Shown here: positions 38,597-51,562 of the stretch, piece after piece
Layout of the letters: each line of letters opens with the position of its first letter
Position numbering within the stretch: position 1 is the first letter of the stretch
Origin: Callorhinchus milii
Taxonomy: Eukaryota
Assembly: GCF_018977255.1 (NCBI RefSeq)
Contig: NW_024704742.1
Coordinates: forward strand, 5,520,001 to 5,584,000
DNA: 64,000 bases
Direction: 5' to 3'
Made by a program: the position numbers and the translations under genes
Notes under the pieces: generated by a model
The model's database searches: none
What the model saw: the letters and a program-made list of their open reading frames with translations, nothing else
Told to the model about the DNA's origin: nothing

Positions 38597-40980
38597 TCAA
38601 TGCCAAGAATTATCAACTGCTCTGAGAGTTTCCCTTCGAGGCTGGTCAATGGAAATGTTGTCTGCGACACAACATTGTCAGGGTTTCAGCGTGCAATTGT
38701 ATCTATCCACCAGAAGAAGACAAAATCTACAGAGGAATCTCTTGTATTCAGTGGCTGTAAAGCTTTGTGCGGTCATGGCACGCATCAGTAACTGAAGGGT
38801 ACCAATTTAAAATAGTAAAAGAGCAAATAGTGAAGTTGGAGAAATGTTTTCATGGACAGAGTAGTTAGGATATGGAATACTCTGTCGAGAGTGGTGGTTG
38901 AAGCCTTCAGTAGAGAACTAAATAAGTATTTTAAAAAGAATCAGATGTATGCTGGTAAATGGGACTGAAACTATTGGTCTTCAATACGCCAACAACGATA
39001 TGATGGGTCAAAAGGCTTTATTCTGTGCCACATATTTCTTTGGTTCTATGTATCAGATACGTGGAAGTGTAATCAAGAAGGATCAGGCTGGATTCCATTC
39101 TGGTGAGCAGTGTGTGAGTCAGATCTGGCTTTATAATAATAAAAATAAAATAAAAATAATCCTTGTACTTGATGTATATCTTATCGAGTCTTTGAGACAT
39201 CTCAAAGCGCTTCACTAAAAAATATACTGTAAAGTGAATCGACTGTGTATTTTGTGGGGCAAATCACGGCAACCAATTGCGTACAGCAGTGTCCCACAGA
39301 CAGTCGTGGATTGAATGACCAAATTATTAATGTCTCTGAAGGTCAGCACCTCCAACAATGCAGCACAACCTCAACGTTGCATTGGAGTGTCAGCCTGGAT
39401 TATACGAGTTTCAAGTTGCAATGTGGGGCTTGAACACACAACCTTCCGACTCAGGAGCAAGTTACCAGCAACTGACCCAGGCTGACGCACACCATGATAT
39501 TAACAGCACCTCTGATATTAACTACAGTAAACCACCCGCTTTACCAGACCCCGGGTATCTGGAATTTGTACCTAGCCAACCCAGGCCTAAAGCGGAAATT
39601 AAACAAAATCTTTTCTACGGGCACCGCATTTCTGGGGCCTGTTTGTAGACTCCTATCGGCCCATATCTCCTAGTGAGAGCCCTCTAACCTCACCAATGAA
39701 TTGACGGTATATTTTGTGGGCGAAACACGGCAGCCAATTGGGCACAGCAGTATCCCACAAACAGTCGTGGATTGAAGTGACCAATTCATTATAACACTAT
39801 ATTTTTTAAGGAATTATTGATCTGTAAGACCCTTAACTTTCTGTCCCCTCACTCAGAGCAACCCTTTTAGGAACTTGACATGAATATGGTCTGCACTTGC
39901 CACCTTATCCCAGCAAGGCGGCGCAGCGTGGAGTATAGTAAGCTGAATCATTAAGGCCTTCAATCTGCTCAACATCGCCCACCAGTTCTTTATTCAGATA
40001 TTATCTCTCCTACCAGAGATCAGTTACCAACACTTGGTCACAAGCAGCAGACCGAGTTTACTTCGATAAGATTTCTGGTACCTCTGTAAAGGTCCTCTGC
40101 TTTCACCTGGCTGAGCAGAATGCAGATTATTTGCTGATGACTCTCAGCCTTAGAAGCAAGAAAGACATCAGCTACACCTATTGTGGAGTCCACGCCATCA
40201 GCTCCCACAAGTGCTTAATACCAGACGTCTTGGTGAGCAATATTCTTCATGTGCCTGGATATTTTGGTACAATCCGAGTAGCACAAAGAGCACTAATCAC
40301 TCCAAACTGGCAGTCATCCCACGTTGCAAGATTAGCAATTTACCCAAGATTTGCAAGGGCTGCTCTCATGACACACAAGGTTAGTGTTCTGACGTTTTCA
40401 GAGCAGTGACCATCAGTGTAAGTGGAGAATATAAGATGTGCTAAGTTATTCTCCGCGTAATTCATTGCTGTGCCGGTGTGAAGCATGACGATGCCAGGTA
40501 ATTGGCAAACCTCAGAAAGGAAGCAGAGGGCACTGCTGTTAAAGTGATTTGCTTCATCTTTGATGCTCTCGCGCTGACGAGGAGTGAGGCAGGGGAAGAG
40601 GCAGGCGATGTAATGGAGGAGAAGAAAAGCGATCTTGGTCAGAAACAGATACGAGGGAGCAAGGAGAGCTGAGGAGAACCGAACATCAAACTGAATAACT
40701 AGTGAACAGGTGGACCACATGAGTTACCACGTCCTCCTGAATGCAGATGTCAAACCAAACATTGCATAAAATTAAATAGGATAATATTCATTGAAAAGGC
40801 CAATCTGCCCAACTAGTCTGTGCCAGTGTTTGTAATCCACACCACCAATTTCACTCCCTCTCAAGGGTGTTCACAATAAGATTTCTTAACTTGCAGACAT
40901 GAGGTCATCCCAGAAGAACCCAGTATTTAATTGCACCCAACCCAGCCATCTGCTGTTGAGAGCTCTCCCAGTCCTGAAAA

Positions 40981-41650
40981 AAACAACAAAATTACATTTC
41001 TATAATGCTTTTCACGTCGGGAGGATGTCCCAAGGGCCTGGACAATTCATGTTTTCGGACCCAAGCTGGGGGTCAGGATCGGGGAGGGTGCAGAGCGGGG
41101 GGGAGGGGAAGGAGGGTGACCGAAGGCACGGTTGAAGATGAGGGTCTTGAGATGGGTCTTGAAGGAGGCGAGGGAGGGGCCGAGGCAGAGGCACAGCAGA
41201 ATGGAGTTCCAGAGTGTGGGGGCAGAGTGGCAGAAGGCCCGCCTGCCAATGGTGAGGCGGGCAAGTTGGGGGACATGAAATAGGTCGGAGCCCACTGAGC
41301 GGAAGGAGAGAGCAGGATGATAGGGGGTTAGAAGATCGCAGAGGTAGGGGGGAGCAAGGCCATGAAGGGCTTTGAAGGTGAGGACCAGGATCTTGAACTG
41401 TATCCTCTTTGTGATGGGAAGCCTGTGGAGTCGGGCGATGATCGGGGCGATAGGGTTACGGAGCCTGGTGCGGGAGAGGACACGGGCTGCAGAGTTCTGG
41501 ATGATCTGAAGCCTATGGAGGGAGGAGTTGCGGAGGCCGACAAGCAGGGAGTTTGTATGGTCGAGCCTGGATGTTATGAACGTGAGTAAGAGGGTCTCGG
41601 TGGTCTGCGGTGTGAGACAGTGGCAGAGCCGGGCGATGCTGGGGAGATGG
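40981..41650 (-). mobile_element. L2 LINE 3' fragment
   Basis: ORF 41047-41694 carries L2 motifs; tail at 40981. Confidence 0.9.
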
Positions 41651-41737
41651 ACTACAGCAAAAAATATTTTTGTAATGCAGTCCGTCCATTCCACAGTAGC
41701 ACGGGCTTCAACCCCACACTTTCCTGAGATGGTGTGT

Positions 41738-42060
41738 CAGCCTGGCACAGAGGTAGCACTCTCACCTCTGAATCAGAGCAGAAGCTCGTGGGTTCAAGTC
41801 CCAAGTTGGTACTTTGAGTCACATAGTCTGAGCTGACACTCCAATGCAGTACCGGGGTGGGGGAGGCGGTGGGGGTTGGGGGCTGCGTGTGGTGTGCTGC
41901 ACTGGCGGAGTTGCTGTTCTTCGGATGAGACGTTAAACCTGGTTCCCGTTCAGGTGGACGGTAAAGCTCCCATGGTTTCTCCCCTCCCGATGTCGTGGCC
42001 GACAAACCCCCAAATAAAATGTCGTCGCACCCTCCACGGCTGTTGGCGGGGCATTTTTTT
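41738..42060 (+). mobile_element. Older Deu-domain SINE (SacSINE1/AmnSINE1-like)
   Basis: Head GGTAGCACTCTCACCTCTGAATCAG...GGTTCAAGTCCC and Deu-like core TTCGGATGAGACGTTAAACC...CAGGTGGACG; family recalled from memory. Confidence 0.65.
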
Positions 42061-42189
42061 TTTTCCTTCTTTTTTTTTCGGTCGTGCGTGATCAGCTGCC
42101 GTCTTTCACCGGCCGAACCCGCGCGGTCCGTCCACCTTTACGCATAATGTTCTGTGATGTCCTTTTGAGCCGGCTCGGCGATACTAACA

Positions 42190-42487
42190 ACAATAATAAT
42201 AATAATCCTTGCATTTGATAAGAGCGCCTTTCATCGCTCGCGTCCCCGAGACGTCTCGAAGCGCTTTCGCGGGGGAAACACGCTGCGAAGTGAGTCGACC
42301 GTGAGGGTCTGTGGGCGAAACCCTGCATTAAATGCAAAGGATCACCATTATTATTTTTGACGGCGACGATGCGTTTCGCCCCCAAATCCGCGGTCCATTC
42401 ACTTTACAGCGTATTCTGCGAAGCGCTTTGAGAGGTCGCGAAGACGCGAAAAGGCGCTGTGTCAGACCCAAGGATTATTATTATTAT
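42190..42487. mobile_element. Inverted pair of SINE 3' fragments (- 42190-42322, + 42360-42487), strongly GC-shifted
   Basis: Ungapped alignment of 42371-42480 to the SINE consensus from other copies in the window. Confidence 0.85.
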
Positions 42488-42524
42488 ATATCAGGATGCA
42501 TTTTTTTTGGGGGTGGGTGGGGGC

Positions 42525-43461
42525 GGTGTGTGTGTGTGGGGGGGTGGATGTGTGTGTGTGGGGTGTGTGTGGTGGTGTGTGTGTGTGGGGGTGTGTGTGG
42601 TGGTGAGTGTGTGTGTGTGGTGGTGGGGATGTGTGTGTGGGAGGGGTGTGTGTGGTGGTGAGTGTGTGTGTGTGGTGGTGGGGATGTGTGTGTGGGAGGG
42701 GTGTGTGTGGTGGTGAGTGTGTGTGGGAGGAGTGTGTGTGGTGGTGAGTGTGTGTGTGTGTGGTGGTGGGGATGTGTGTGTGGGAGGGGTGTGTGTGTGT
42801 GGTGGTGTGTGTGTGGGTGTGTGTGTATGTGTGTTGGTGTGTGTGTGTGTGGGTGTGTGTGTGTGTGTGTGTGTGGTTGTGTGTGTGTGTGGTGGTGTGT
42901 GTGGGTGTGTGTGTAGGTGTGTGTGTGTGTGTGTGTGGTTGGGTGTGTGTGTGGATGTGTGTGTGGGTGTGTGTGTGGATGTGTGTGTGGATGTGTGTGT
43001 GGGTGTGTGGGTGTGTGTGTGGTGGTGTGTGGATGTGTGTGTGTGTGTGGATGTGTGTGTGGGTGTGTGTGTGTGGTGGTGTGTGTGGTGGTGTGTGTGG
43101 GTGTGTGTGTGTGTGTGTGGTGGTGTGTGGTGGATGTGTGTGTGTGGTGGTGTGTGTGTATGTGTGTGTGTGTGTGGGGTGTGTGGTGGTGTGTGTGTGT
43201 GTGTTGGTGTGTGTGTGTGTGTGGGGTGTGTGGGGTGTGTGGTGGTATGTGTGTGTGTGTGTGGTGGTGTGTGGTGGTATGTGTGTGTGTGTGTGGTGGT
43301 GTGTGTGTGTGTGGGGTGTGTGGGTGTGTATGTGTGTGGGTTTGTGTGTGTGGGTGTGTGTGTGTGTGTGTGGGTATGTGTGTGTGTGTGTGTGTGTGGG
43401 TGTGTGTGTATGTGTGTGGTGGATGTGTGTGTGTGGTGGTGTGTGTGTGTGTGGGGTGTGT

Positions 43462-43499
<38 letters not shown>

Positions 43500-43540
43500 T
43501 GGTGTGTGTGTGTGTGTGTGTGTGTGGGTGTGTGTGTGTG
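42525..43540. repeat. ~1 kb imperfect (TG)n/(TGG) tract upstream of KCMF1
   Basis: Directly visible. Confidence 0.95.
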
Positions 43541-44190
43541 AGGGGGTTCGCACGGTGGTGAGTTGCACTGACTGCGGCACTGTGGAGGTGTGCGAGAGTG
43601 AGTGAGTGAGTGAGCGAGTGAAGGGGAGTGGGTGAGGGTCGATGTGCGGCTGGTGCCGGTAGGGGGGGGCAGTGAGCAGGAGAGGGAGGGGAGGGACTGC
43701 TCCCGGTCTGTGTGTGTGTGTGTGTGTGTGTGAGGGAGGGGGGGGGGGTTGCGAGGTGCGGGCGGGCGGGCGCTGTTTGTTTGACTGACTGACTGACTGA
43801 CTGACTGACGATGTGTTTGTCTCTCGGGTGACTCCTCGGCGTCAGGCGATTCCGCACGCGGTCGGGAAACGAAGACGAGGAGTGACGGGGGAGCGGGAGC
43901 GGCCCCCCCCCAACCCCCCCCCCCACTCCCCCACTCACTCCCACCCCCACACTCTCTCTCTCTCTCTCTCTCACGCCAGAGCCAGAGCCGCGGCGGCGCC
44001 TGCGCTCCCCCCCCCCCCCACCCCCCAACCACTCCCCACCCCCACCTCACTCACTCACTCACTCACTCCCCCCTCCCCTCCCACCCACATCCATGACCGT
44101 TTGCCCCGGGAGTCGTCGTCGTCGTCGGAGCCCGGTGTTGAGCCGCTGCCCGGGAGCCCGCGGGGCCGCTGCAACCGCGCGAGGAGGAGG

Positions 44191-44206
44191 ATGTCCCGAC
44201 ATGAAG
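44191..44206 (+). CDS. KCMF1: KCMF1 (E3 ubiquitin ligase, ZZ zinc finger) first coding exon, MSRHE+G
   Basis: ATGTCCCGACATGAAG|GTGAGC encodes the KCMF1 N-terminus MSRHE(G) as a 16-nt phase-1 exon with a strong donor and A at -3. It lies in a CpG island downstream of a thymosin gene, as in human 2p11.2. Exon 2 (VSCDACLKGNF) was not found in the window. Confidence 0.85.
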
Positions 44207-44899
44207 GTGAGCGGGAGAGCGGCGGGAGAGAGAGAGAGAGGGAGAGAGATGGCGGGAGGGAGGCCTCGGGCTTCTCCCCGGTCTCTGGTAAAGCCACTGG
44301 GAGGGCCAGGGCCGCCGCCGCCGCCGCAGCAGCGTCCAGCCCCGGCCCCGCCCCGGTCCGCCCGCTCCCGCTCTCGGGGTCGCTGTTCACGCAAGGCCGG
44401 GGTCGGGGCCGGGGCCGGGCCCTAGGCCCAGGGATTGCACTGTCATCACGGGGGCCGTTTGCCTGCGGCGCGGGGCCTGGGCCAGGCCTCGCCTCTGCCT
44501 CTCTGCCCCACTCTCCTCCTCCTACTACTACTACTCCTACTACTACTCCTCCCTCGGGAGGCTCGGCCCCCGGAGCCTGATCCCGGCCTCACACACCGCC
44601 CCGCACCCGGGGAGCGGTGACCGGGTCTGTGTGTGTGTGTGTGTGTGTGTGGGGAAGGGGGGGGGAAGGGTAGTGGAGGAGGCGCCTGTAATGCGAGCGG
44701 GAGACCGGGGCCTTGGGTCAGGCAGTCAGGCCCAGGCCTCGGCCTCAGCCACGGCCTCCCCCCCTGGCTCTCTCCCCCGGGGCTGGTTGACTGGTTGACC
44801 GGCTGGGGCTCGGCCGACGGGAGGTGGAGCCATTGGTGCAGAGCCGGGGGTCGACTGACCGCGGCCCATTGGGTTGGGAAGGTGCGAGGAGATGGTGGA

Positions 44900-45300
44900 C
44901 AGTGTGTGTGGGTGTGTGTGTGGGTGTGTGTCTGTGGGGTGGGGGTGTGTGTGTGTGGGTGTGTGTGTCTGTGGGGTGGGGGTGTGTGTGTGGGTGTGTC
45001 TGGGGGGTGGGTGTGTGTCTGGGGGGTGGGGGTGTGTGTCTGGGGGGTGGGGGTGTGTGTGGGTGTGTGTGTGGGTGTGTGTCTGGGGGTGGGGTGTGTG
45101 TGTCTGGGGGGTGGGGGTGTGTGTGTGTGTGTCTGGGGGGTGGGTGTGTATGTGTGTGGGTGTGTGTCTGGGGGGTGGGGGTGTGTGTGTGTGTGTCTGG
45201 GGGGTGGGTGTGTGTGTGGGTGTGTGTCTGGGGGGGGGGGGTGTGTGTGTGTCTGTGGGGGTGTGTGTGTGTGTGGGTGTGTGTCTGTGGGGTGGGGGTG
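44900..45300. repeat. GT-rich compound repeat (GTGTGTCTGGGGGGTGG units) in KCMF1 intron 1
   Basis: Directly visible. Confidence 0.9.
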
Positions 45301-45794
45301 TCCGTCTGTGTCGGAGGTGATGATGCCCGAGAGTCGGGGAGAGTCGAGGAGCCGCTCCGTGGAGCCTTAATCTCTTCCAACCCACCAACACCCCCTCATT
45401 CGTGGCCTCTCTCTCTCTCTCTCTCTCTCTGTCCTGTTCGGGAGACCCGCAACTCGGCGAACTTGCTGTCCCGAGTCACCGGGGACCGGGACCGTCCGCA
45501 TCCCCGGGCTCGGCTCGGCTCGGCCTCGGCCCGCGGTTCGCGTTCACGGGTTTCAGATTGGAAGTCAGAGGCAGTCGTGGATCAGGTTGTGTGCGGTGTG
45601 TGTTGAGTCGAGTCCATTTTGTTTTGTGTGTATGTGTGTGTGTATATATATGTGTGTGTGTGTGTAAGGAAAAAAAACTCTTCCCCTCTCTCTCACTCTC
45701 TCACTCACTCACTCACTCTCTCACTCTCTCTCACACACACACAGAGAAAATGATGGAAGGGAAGTTAGGTGAATGGTGGCATTATTGAGGTTCC

Positions 45795-45834
<40 letters not shown>

Positions 45835-47034
45835 CCCTTCTCCTCTCCTCTCCTCTCCTCTCCCTCCCTCTTCCCCCACCCCCTCCCTCTCCCAACCCTT
45901 GTAAAAGAAGTTCGAAGTGTTGTAACTTTTTCTGGTAAGACGATGAGTTTCGGTGCTCACGGTCGGGTTGGACTGATTTTGTGGGTCGCTTTGTCAGTGC
46001 TGAAATGAAATAGGTTTGTTAGCTTACACGGTTAAAAAGAGAGTGGGGGGGGCATGTGGAGGAGTAAGTAAATGCAAGTTGTTGTTGGATTGGCGGTTAC
46101 CTTCGTGTGAAATCTGTATTCCCGGCGAAGGACCAAACAGCCCTTTCGCAAAGATTCACCAGTTGCTGAAACTAGAAAGAACTCACTAGTTGCTAAAACG
46201 GGTAGGAGGTCAACGCGCTTGGTTATTTTGTGAAACAAAAGGTGGACCTGCCAATTAATTTACATGACGAATGTCATCGTTTCGTATTGGAGAACGCATT
46301 CTCCGTTCCGACTTAGCATTTAGATTTTGTGACTCATTCCAGAGAGAAAACGAGTCTCGAGTCTTGCTGGAGGTCTCTTAAGGAATACCTGGACAGCCAC
46401 CCAACGTTGACGTATTCTTCGTAGTTATGAACATCTGAGAGAAGGATTCTTCTCCAATATAATTTCATTAAAAAAAAATCACTGAGGTATATCGTTTTTC
46501 TTTTTTTTTTACTAGCAGGCTATTCCGGATGGATTATTGGCTGATACCATTAGGGTGTTACTTGATAGAATAAAGTTATGACCTCATACAATTCTGCACT
46601 TAATATTGAATCTTACATTGTATTAATGACGGGAAATGAATATGTAATATTTCAGCAGCTGATTTTATCTGGTCCCTGAACTTTTTGTGTTATCCTTGCA
46701 GTTGTTATACTGCCTTTCGTGTGGGAGGACAGCTCAAAATTCTTCATATGAAAAACTTAAAGTGTAGTGACTTTGTCATTGTAGGTGAACATTAGTTGCT
46801 GTCAAATGTGGAACAGTATTTTGCTCCTTTTGATTTTACGTGTTTGAACCATATAAAAATGAGAGCACGGAGAAGACTGTTGGGCCTATCGTGTGCGTTG
46901 CAGCAGTTTTAAAGGGTAGTCCGTACAGTCTAGCGTTTTCTTTTGCTTTTACTACAACCTTTCCCATCATGCTTTGGTTAATTTCTATTTCATCTTTCCT
47001 TCCCACCCCCTACCATATTAGTCTTGTGAAAATT

Positions 47035-47350
47035 TGGAGTCCTGTAGCTCAGTGGTTAGAGCACTCGCTTTGCAAGTGAGAGACCTGAGTTCAATTCCAG
47101 GCAGAGGGCGAAACCTTGGGCAAGTTTCCTTACTCCACACACCTAATAATAATCCCTCCAAAAAAAAACAATAATAAATTGGTCATTTTCAATCTACGAC
47201 TGTTTGTGGGACATTGCTGTGCGCAATTGGCTGCCGCGTTCGCCCACAAATATACAGTCAGTTCACTTTACAGTGTATTCTGTGAAGCGCTTTGGGACGT
47301 CCTCCCGACGTGAAAAGCGCTATATCAAATGCGAGGATTATTATTATTAT
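47035..47350 (+). mobile_element. Full-length young tRNA-SINE subfamily B
   Basis: Near identity to 35123-35449. Confidence 0.92.
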
Positions 47351-47354
47351 AGAG

Positions 47355-47698
47355 ATTAGAGCACCTGGGCTCGATTCCAGGGCCGGGTGAAACGTTAGGC
47401 AAGTTTCCTAATTCCACACGTCTCTGTTTACCTAGCAGTAAGTAATAACCCGGTTGTTAGTCGATTGGCGGATCACTTTTCCAGGTGTAATAATCCCTTT
47501 TTTTAAAAATAAATTGGTGCTCACTCAATCCACAACTGTTTGTGGGACACTGCTGTGCATAATTGGCTGCCACAATTCGCCCACAAAATATACAGCCAAT
47601 ATACACAAAATATTCACTTTACAGTATATTCGGTGAAGTGGTTTGAGATGCCTCGAAGATGTGATAAGGCGCTATATCAATGCAAGGATTACTATTAT
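47355..47698 (+). mobile_element. tRNA-SINE family A
   Basis: Homology to the 10052 copy. Confidence 0.85.
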
Positions 47699-49899
47699 AG
47701 TTTTAGTTTCAGTTATTTTAAAATACATTATGTCATGTTCTGATTATTGTTCATCACCCACAGTGGAAAAACAACCAGGATTCTGACTAAATTTTAATGT
47801 TATTTTCGGATTAAGGAGAAACCCCTGTTGCATAAATTTGCATTTCAGCCCCCGATAACTTTTTTTTGGTCGTGAGTCGAAATTTGTTTTAGTTTTGGGA
47901 ATGTTCTGTTTAGGAACGGATTTGAAGATTTTTGCACCCTGAAGCTAAAATGTTTGAATTTAACACTTTACATTTGTCCCTGGATTAATTTCAGTTGTAT
48001 TTTGTCTGCTTGTAATAGTTTTCACTATTTTTGAGATGGCCGAAAAATAATGGGCTCGCTTTTGGTTCATCTTGTCCAGCTTGCATATTCTGTTAAATAC
48101 ATCATGTTAAGCATGTAAAAATGTAATGTTTTTGGGGAGGGCAAGAAACAACCTGATTTAAATGCACGGTACTTAAGCAGTGCTATATATATTGGAGATT
48201 GAGGATAAGATGACTTAAGTTTGAAGGAATACTGTTTGTTGAGTCCATATTGATCAATTATTCTCCACAATCTCTAGGCATTTAGGTTACTGCTACTTAA
48301 TCATTTGTACAGCTGTTGGGCAAAAAATTGTTTTGATGAAGAATTCAACTTTTTTTAAAAAAAAATGTTGTGACAGCAGCTTCACTTCAGTCCTACAAAA
48401 GTTCATTGCGAGGTGGTGCAGCAGTAGCACGATGAGTGAACTTTCAGTAATGTTGAGAGAATTGTTGCTTAATATTGTTGTTACTTGATGGGATTAATTA
48501 ATTCAGAAATGAATTGATGCAAATGACATCAAGAATCTAAATTGCTTTTTTTTTTACAAAATAAGCAAAATACCCAATCTTTGTAGCACATTTTTTGCCC
48601 TGGATCGGTTTAAAGATTTGTTTGGTAAATTTATAATAAATTAAGGCACTTAATGAAACGTGGTTGCTGGAAAGTCAAACCACACTGAAAAGCCCTTCCC
48701 TCTGAATAATTCTGTATATGATTAAAAGTTAGCACCATTGGTTTCATGATTCTTTCCATTTTACCACATATATCGATGTTTCTTCCTTGTAGAATGCTCT
48801 GATTTCTTAATTGCTATATGTGGCCTGTGATGCATCACTTGTTATAGAAAAGGACATTGAGTCTAATATGTATATCAATATTGTATATTGTTTTTAAAAA
48901 TAGAGAATTCAGGTCTACCAAAGTCTAATTGGATTAGCTCTGCAACAGTATGGATACCAACCATTCTAATTTGAAATTCTAACCATCTATTATTTAAAGA
49001 CGGGAATTTGCCTGTAAACAGGCAATACGCAAGGTAATTGTCACCTCGTGGGGTCAACTTAGTTCAGTTAATAACAATCTCGCGTCTTGAGTCAGAAAAT
49101 GGTAAGTTCAAGCCGCACGTCGGGACTTTGAGCTCATTCTTTAGGCTCGACCTCCAATGTATTGCTGGAGTGCTGCATTATCAGATTATCAGAAGTGTCC
49201 TTCAGATGGGACTTTTAAATTGCGACCTCATCTGCTTGTTTTTAGGTGGACGTAGCACTATTCAGAAAGGTAAAATTAATCATTCACTTAATGGATTCTT
49301 GAGGGATATTGTTGTGCAGAAATTGGCTGTGCACCTGCAAAATACACTGTCACTGTATTAATGTAAATCCTGTAAAACATTTTCAGGTGTTTCAATGTTG
49401 TGATAATGTGTTGATTCAAATGCCAGGATCATTATTATTTTGTTTACTTCCCATTGATGGCGAATTGCTGAAAGTACTTATCTTTCCTTCAGTTATCCGA
49501 GCCCAAGATTTTGACTAACTTTGTAATTATTGCAGTTCCTGAGGAGAAGTGTACTACATATTACAATGTCCTGTTAATTAACATGGCTCTGATGGTAAAA
49601 GATGTGTGCAGTTGCATCTTGTTTATGTGGAATCCTGGACTTCCAGTCGGTGCCTAATTTTGTTAGGTTCTCTATGTGTAAGATAGGTTCCTATTTAAGT
49701 ATCCTACGGTGTTCAGATGCTTTCAAGTAAAACAATTGCCTGAAGCATTTTCCTCCCCACCCCTAATTTAATCATGCCTCCAATAGGCCTAATCCTGACT
49801 GTCGTACCCTTGTGGCTTTAGGTATTGCCGTTCGGGGTATGAAAGTATCTGATAAATATAATTTGCACAATTCAACTCTATATTTAGACCGTTTATATT

Positions 49900-50256
49900 G
49901 ACTGGCAGGCAGGAGGTTCGATTCCCGGGTGGGGCGAAACCTAAGGCAAGTTTCCGTTCTCCGCACCCCTCCGTTTACCTCTCAATAAGTTGGAACCCAA
50001 CTGTTAGTTGATTGATGAATGGCTTTCTGGGGGTATTAATCCCTGTTCCCCCCCCCCGCCCCACCACAAACTTAATCCACAACTGTTTGTGGGACACTGC
50101 TGTATGCAATTGGCTGCCGCATGTCGCCAGCAAATTAAACAGTCAATCCATTTTACAGTATATTCTGTGATGCACTTTGAGACCCATCGATGACGTAATA
50201 AGGCGCTATATCAAATAATGATAATCCTTGCATTATTAATGTAAGGATTATTATTA
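49900..50256 (+). mobile_element. tRNA-SINE family A
   Basis: Homology to the 10052 copy. Confidence 0.8.
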
Positions 50257-50884
50257 TGTCGACAAAGCCCTGGGACCTTCGCTGTATAGGAACGCATTAA
50301 ACTTGCTGCGTATGCCAACTTTGACATCAATTTCAGCATGTTTATATTGGCAATTTTTTCAAGTACCTAAACAGCATAAAGTACATTGTGTTCTTACTGC
50401 TTACGTCGACAGGCAGGTCGTTTTCACCCTTTCCTTTGTACTGCGCCTGGCTCTGATGCGCTGAAATGCTCCACTTTAGTTTTCGGTCACCCGGCGCTCA
50501 GTGTGCGCCTGGACTGCAACTCCTGGTCGCATGCTGACTGCCCGTGACTGACGGCGCTTGATTCATTCATCGATGTTGAAACCCACTTACGTTGACAAAA
50601 TCTGCTCGGTCCTAGCGATGTCGGCAAACTGGTAGGATCTAAATACTGAAATTAGTTGAATTCAATATCTTCTCTTAAATAAAGGCAAAGTTTCTTTTCA
50701 TCTTTCTGCCTTTTTACCCATATCTATTTTTCTAAATGCAGTATTTTAACATTCCCCATAACCACAATTATGGGAGTAACCCAGATTTCCTTTCAGGACC
50801 TCGATATACATTTTGTTTCCACGTAAAGCTCTGTTGCCTACAGAGTTTTGATATGTTTTAATATAAGGGAAAAGTGCTGTGTCT

Positions 50885-51280
50885 TAGTCTGGCTTAGTTG
50901 GTCGTCCTCTCTCTCTCTGAGTCAGAAGGTTGTAGGTTGAAGCCCTGTGGTAGAACTCGAAACTTATGTAGTCTATAAGCTGACATGCCAATGACGGGTT
51001 AGTGGGTGTTGCATTGTTGGAAGTGTTGTCCTTCGTATGAGACATCAAACAAGCTCTTCCTGTTTGTTTGGGTGCTAAAGCTCCCATGGCATTATTCGAA
51101 AAGAGAAGGGAGTTTCTCCTGTGTCCTGATCACCAATCCCTCAAATAGAATTGTGGGACATTGCTGTGTGCAAATCGGCTGCCGTGTTCGCCCACAAAAC
51201 ACACAGTAATTGCATTTTACGGTATATCCTGTGAAGCGCTTTGCGATGTCCTTCTGCATGTAAGGATGCAAGGATGATTG
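50885..51280 (+). mobile_element. Deu-domain SINE, degenerate
   Basis: Same head, core and tail as the 41738 copy. Related copies at 13057-13800 (+, interrupted), 24110-24345 (-), 32860-33210 (-), 49050-49440 (+), 55030-55320 (-), 56190-56560 (-) and 57440-57780 (+). Confidence 0.65.
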
Positions 51281-51324
51281 CTATTACTGTAGCTTTACCT
51301 CTAATTTGCTAACTAGTCTTGTAG

Positions 51325-51562
51325 TGGAGTCCTGCAGCTCAGTGGTTAGAGCAGTCACCTCACAAGCGAGAGACCTGGGTTCAATTCCTGGCAAGGCCAA
51401 ATGGTGGGCAAGTTTCATTACTCCACACGGCTCTGGTTACATAGCAGTAAGTAGGAACCCGGTTGTTAGTCGATTGGCGGATCGCTTTTCCGGGGATAAT
51501 AATCCTCCCAAGAAACGATAATAATTCGGTCACTCAATCCACGACTGTTTGTGGGACACTGT
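51325..51562 (+). mobile_element. tRNA-SINE family A, 3'-truncated
   Basis: Intact head and body. Confidence 0.85.

Larger units (their letters stand above)
43550..45610. promoter_or_regulatory. CpG island / KCMF1 promoter, 5'UTR and proximal intron 1
   Basis: Very high GC and CpG density, (GCC)n and (GTC)n runs, GC boxes, TE-free. Confidence 0.8.

Noticed and set aside
42462..45606. Long ORFs up to 519 aa around the KCMF1 promoter
   Set aside because: Microsatellite and CpG-island artefacts; only the 16-nt MSRHE/G exon is supported
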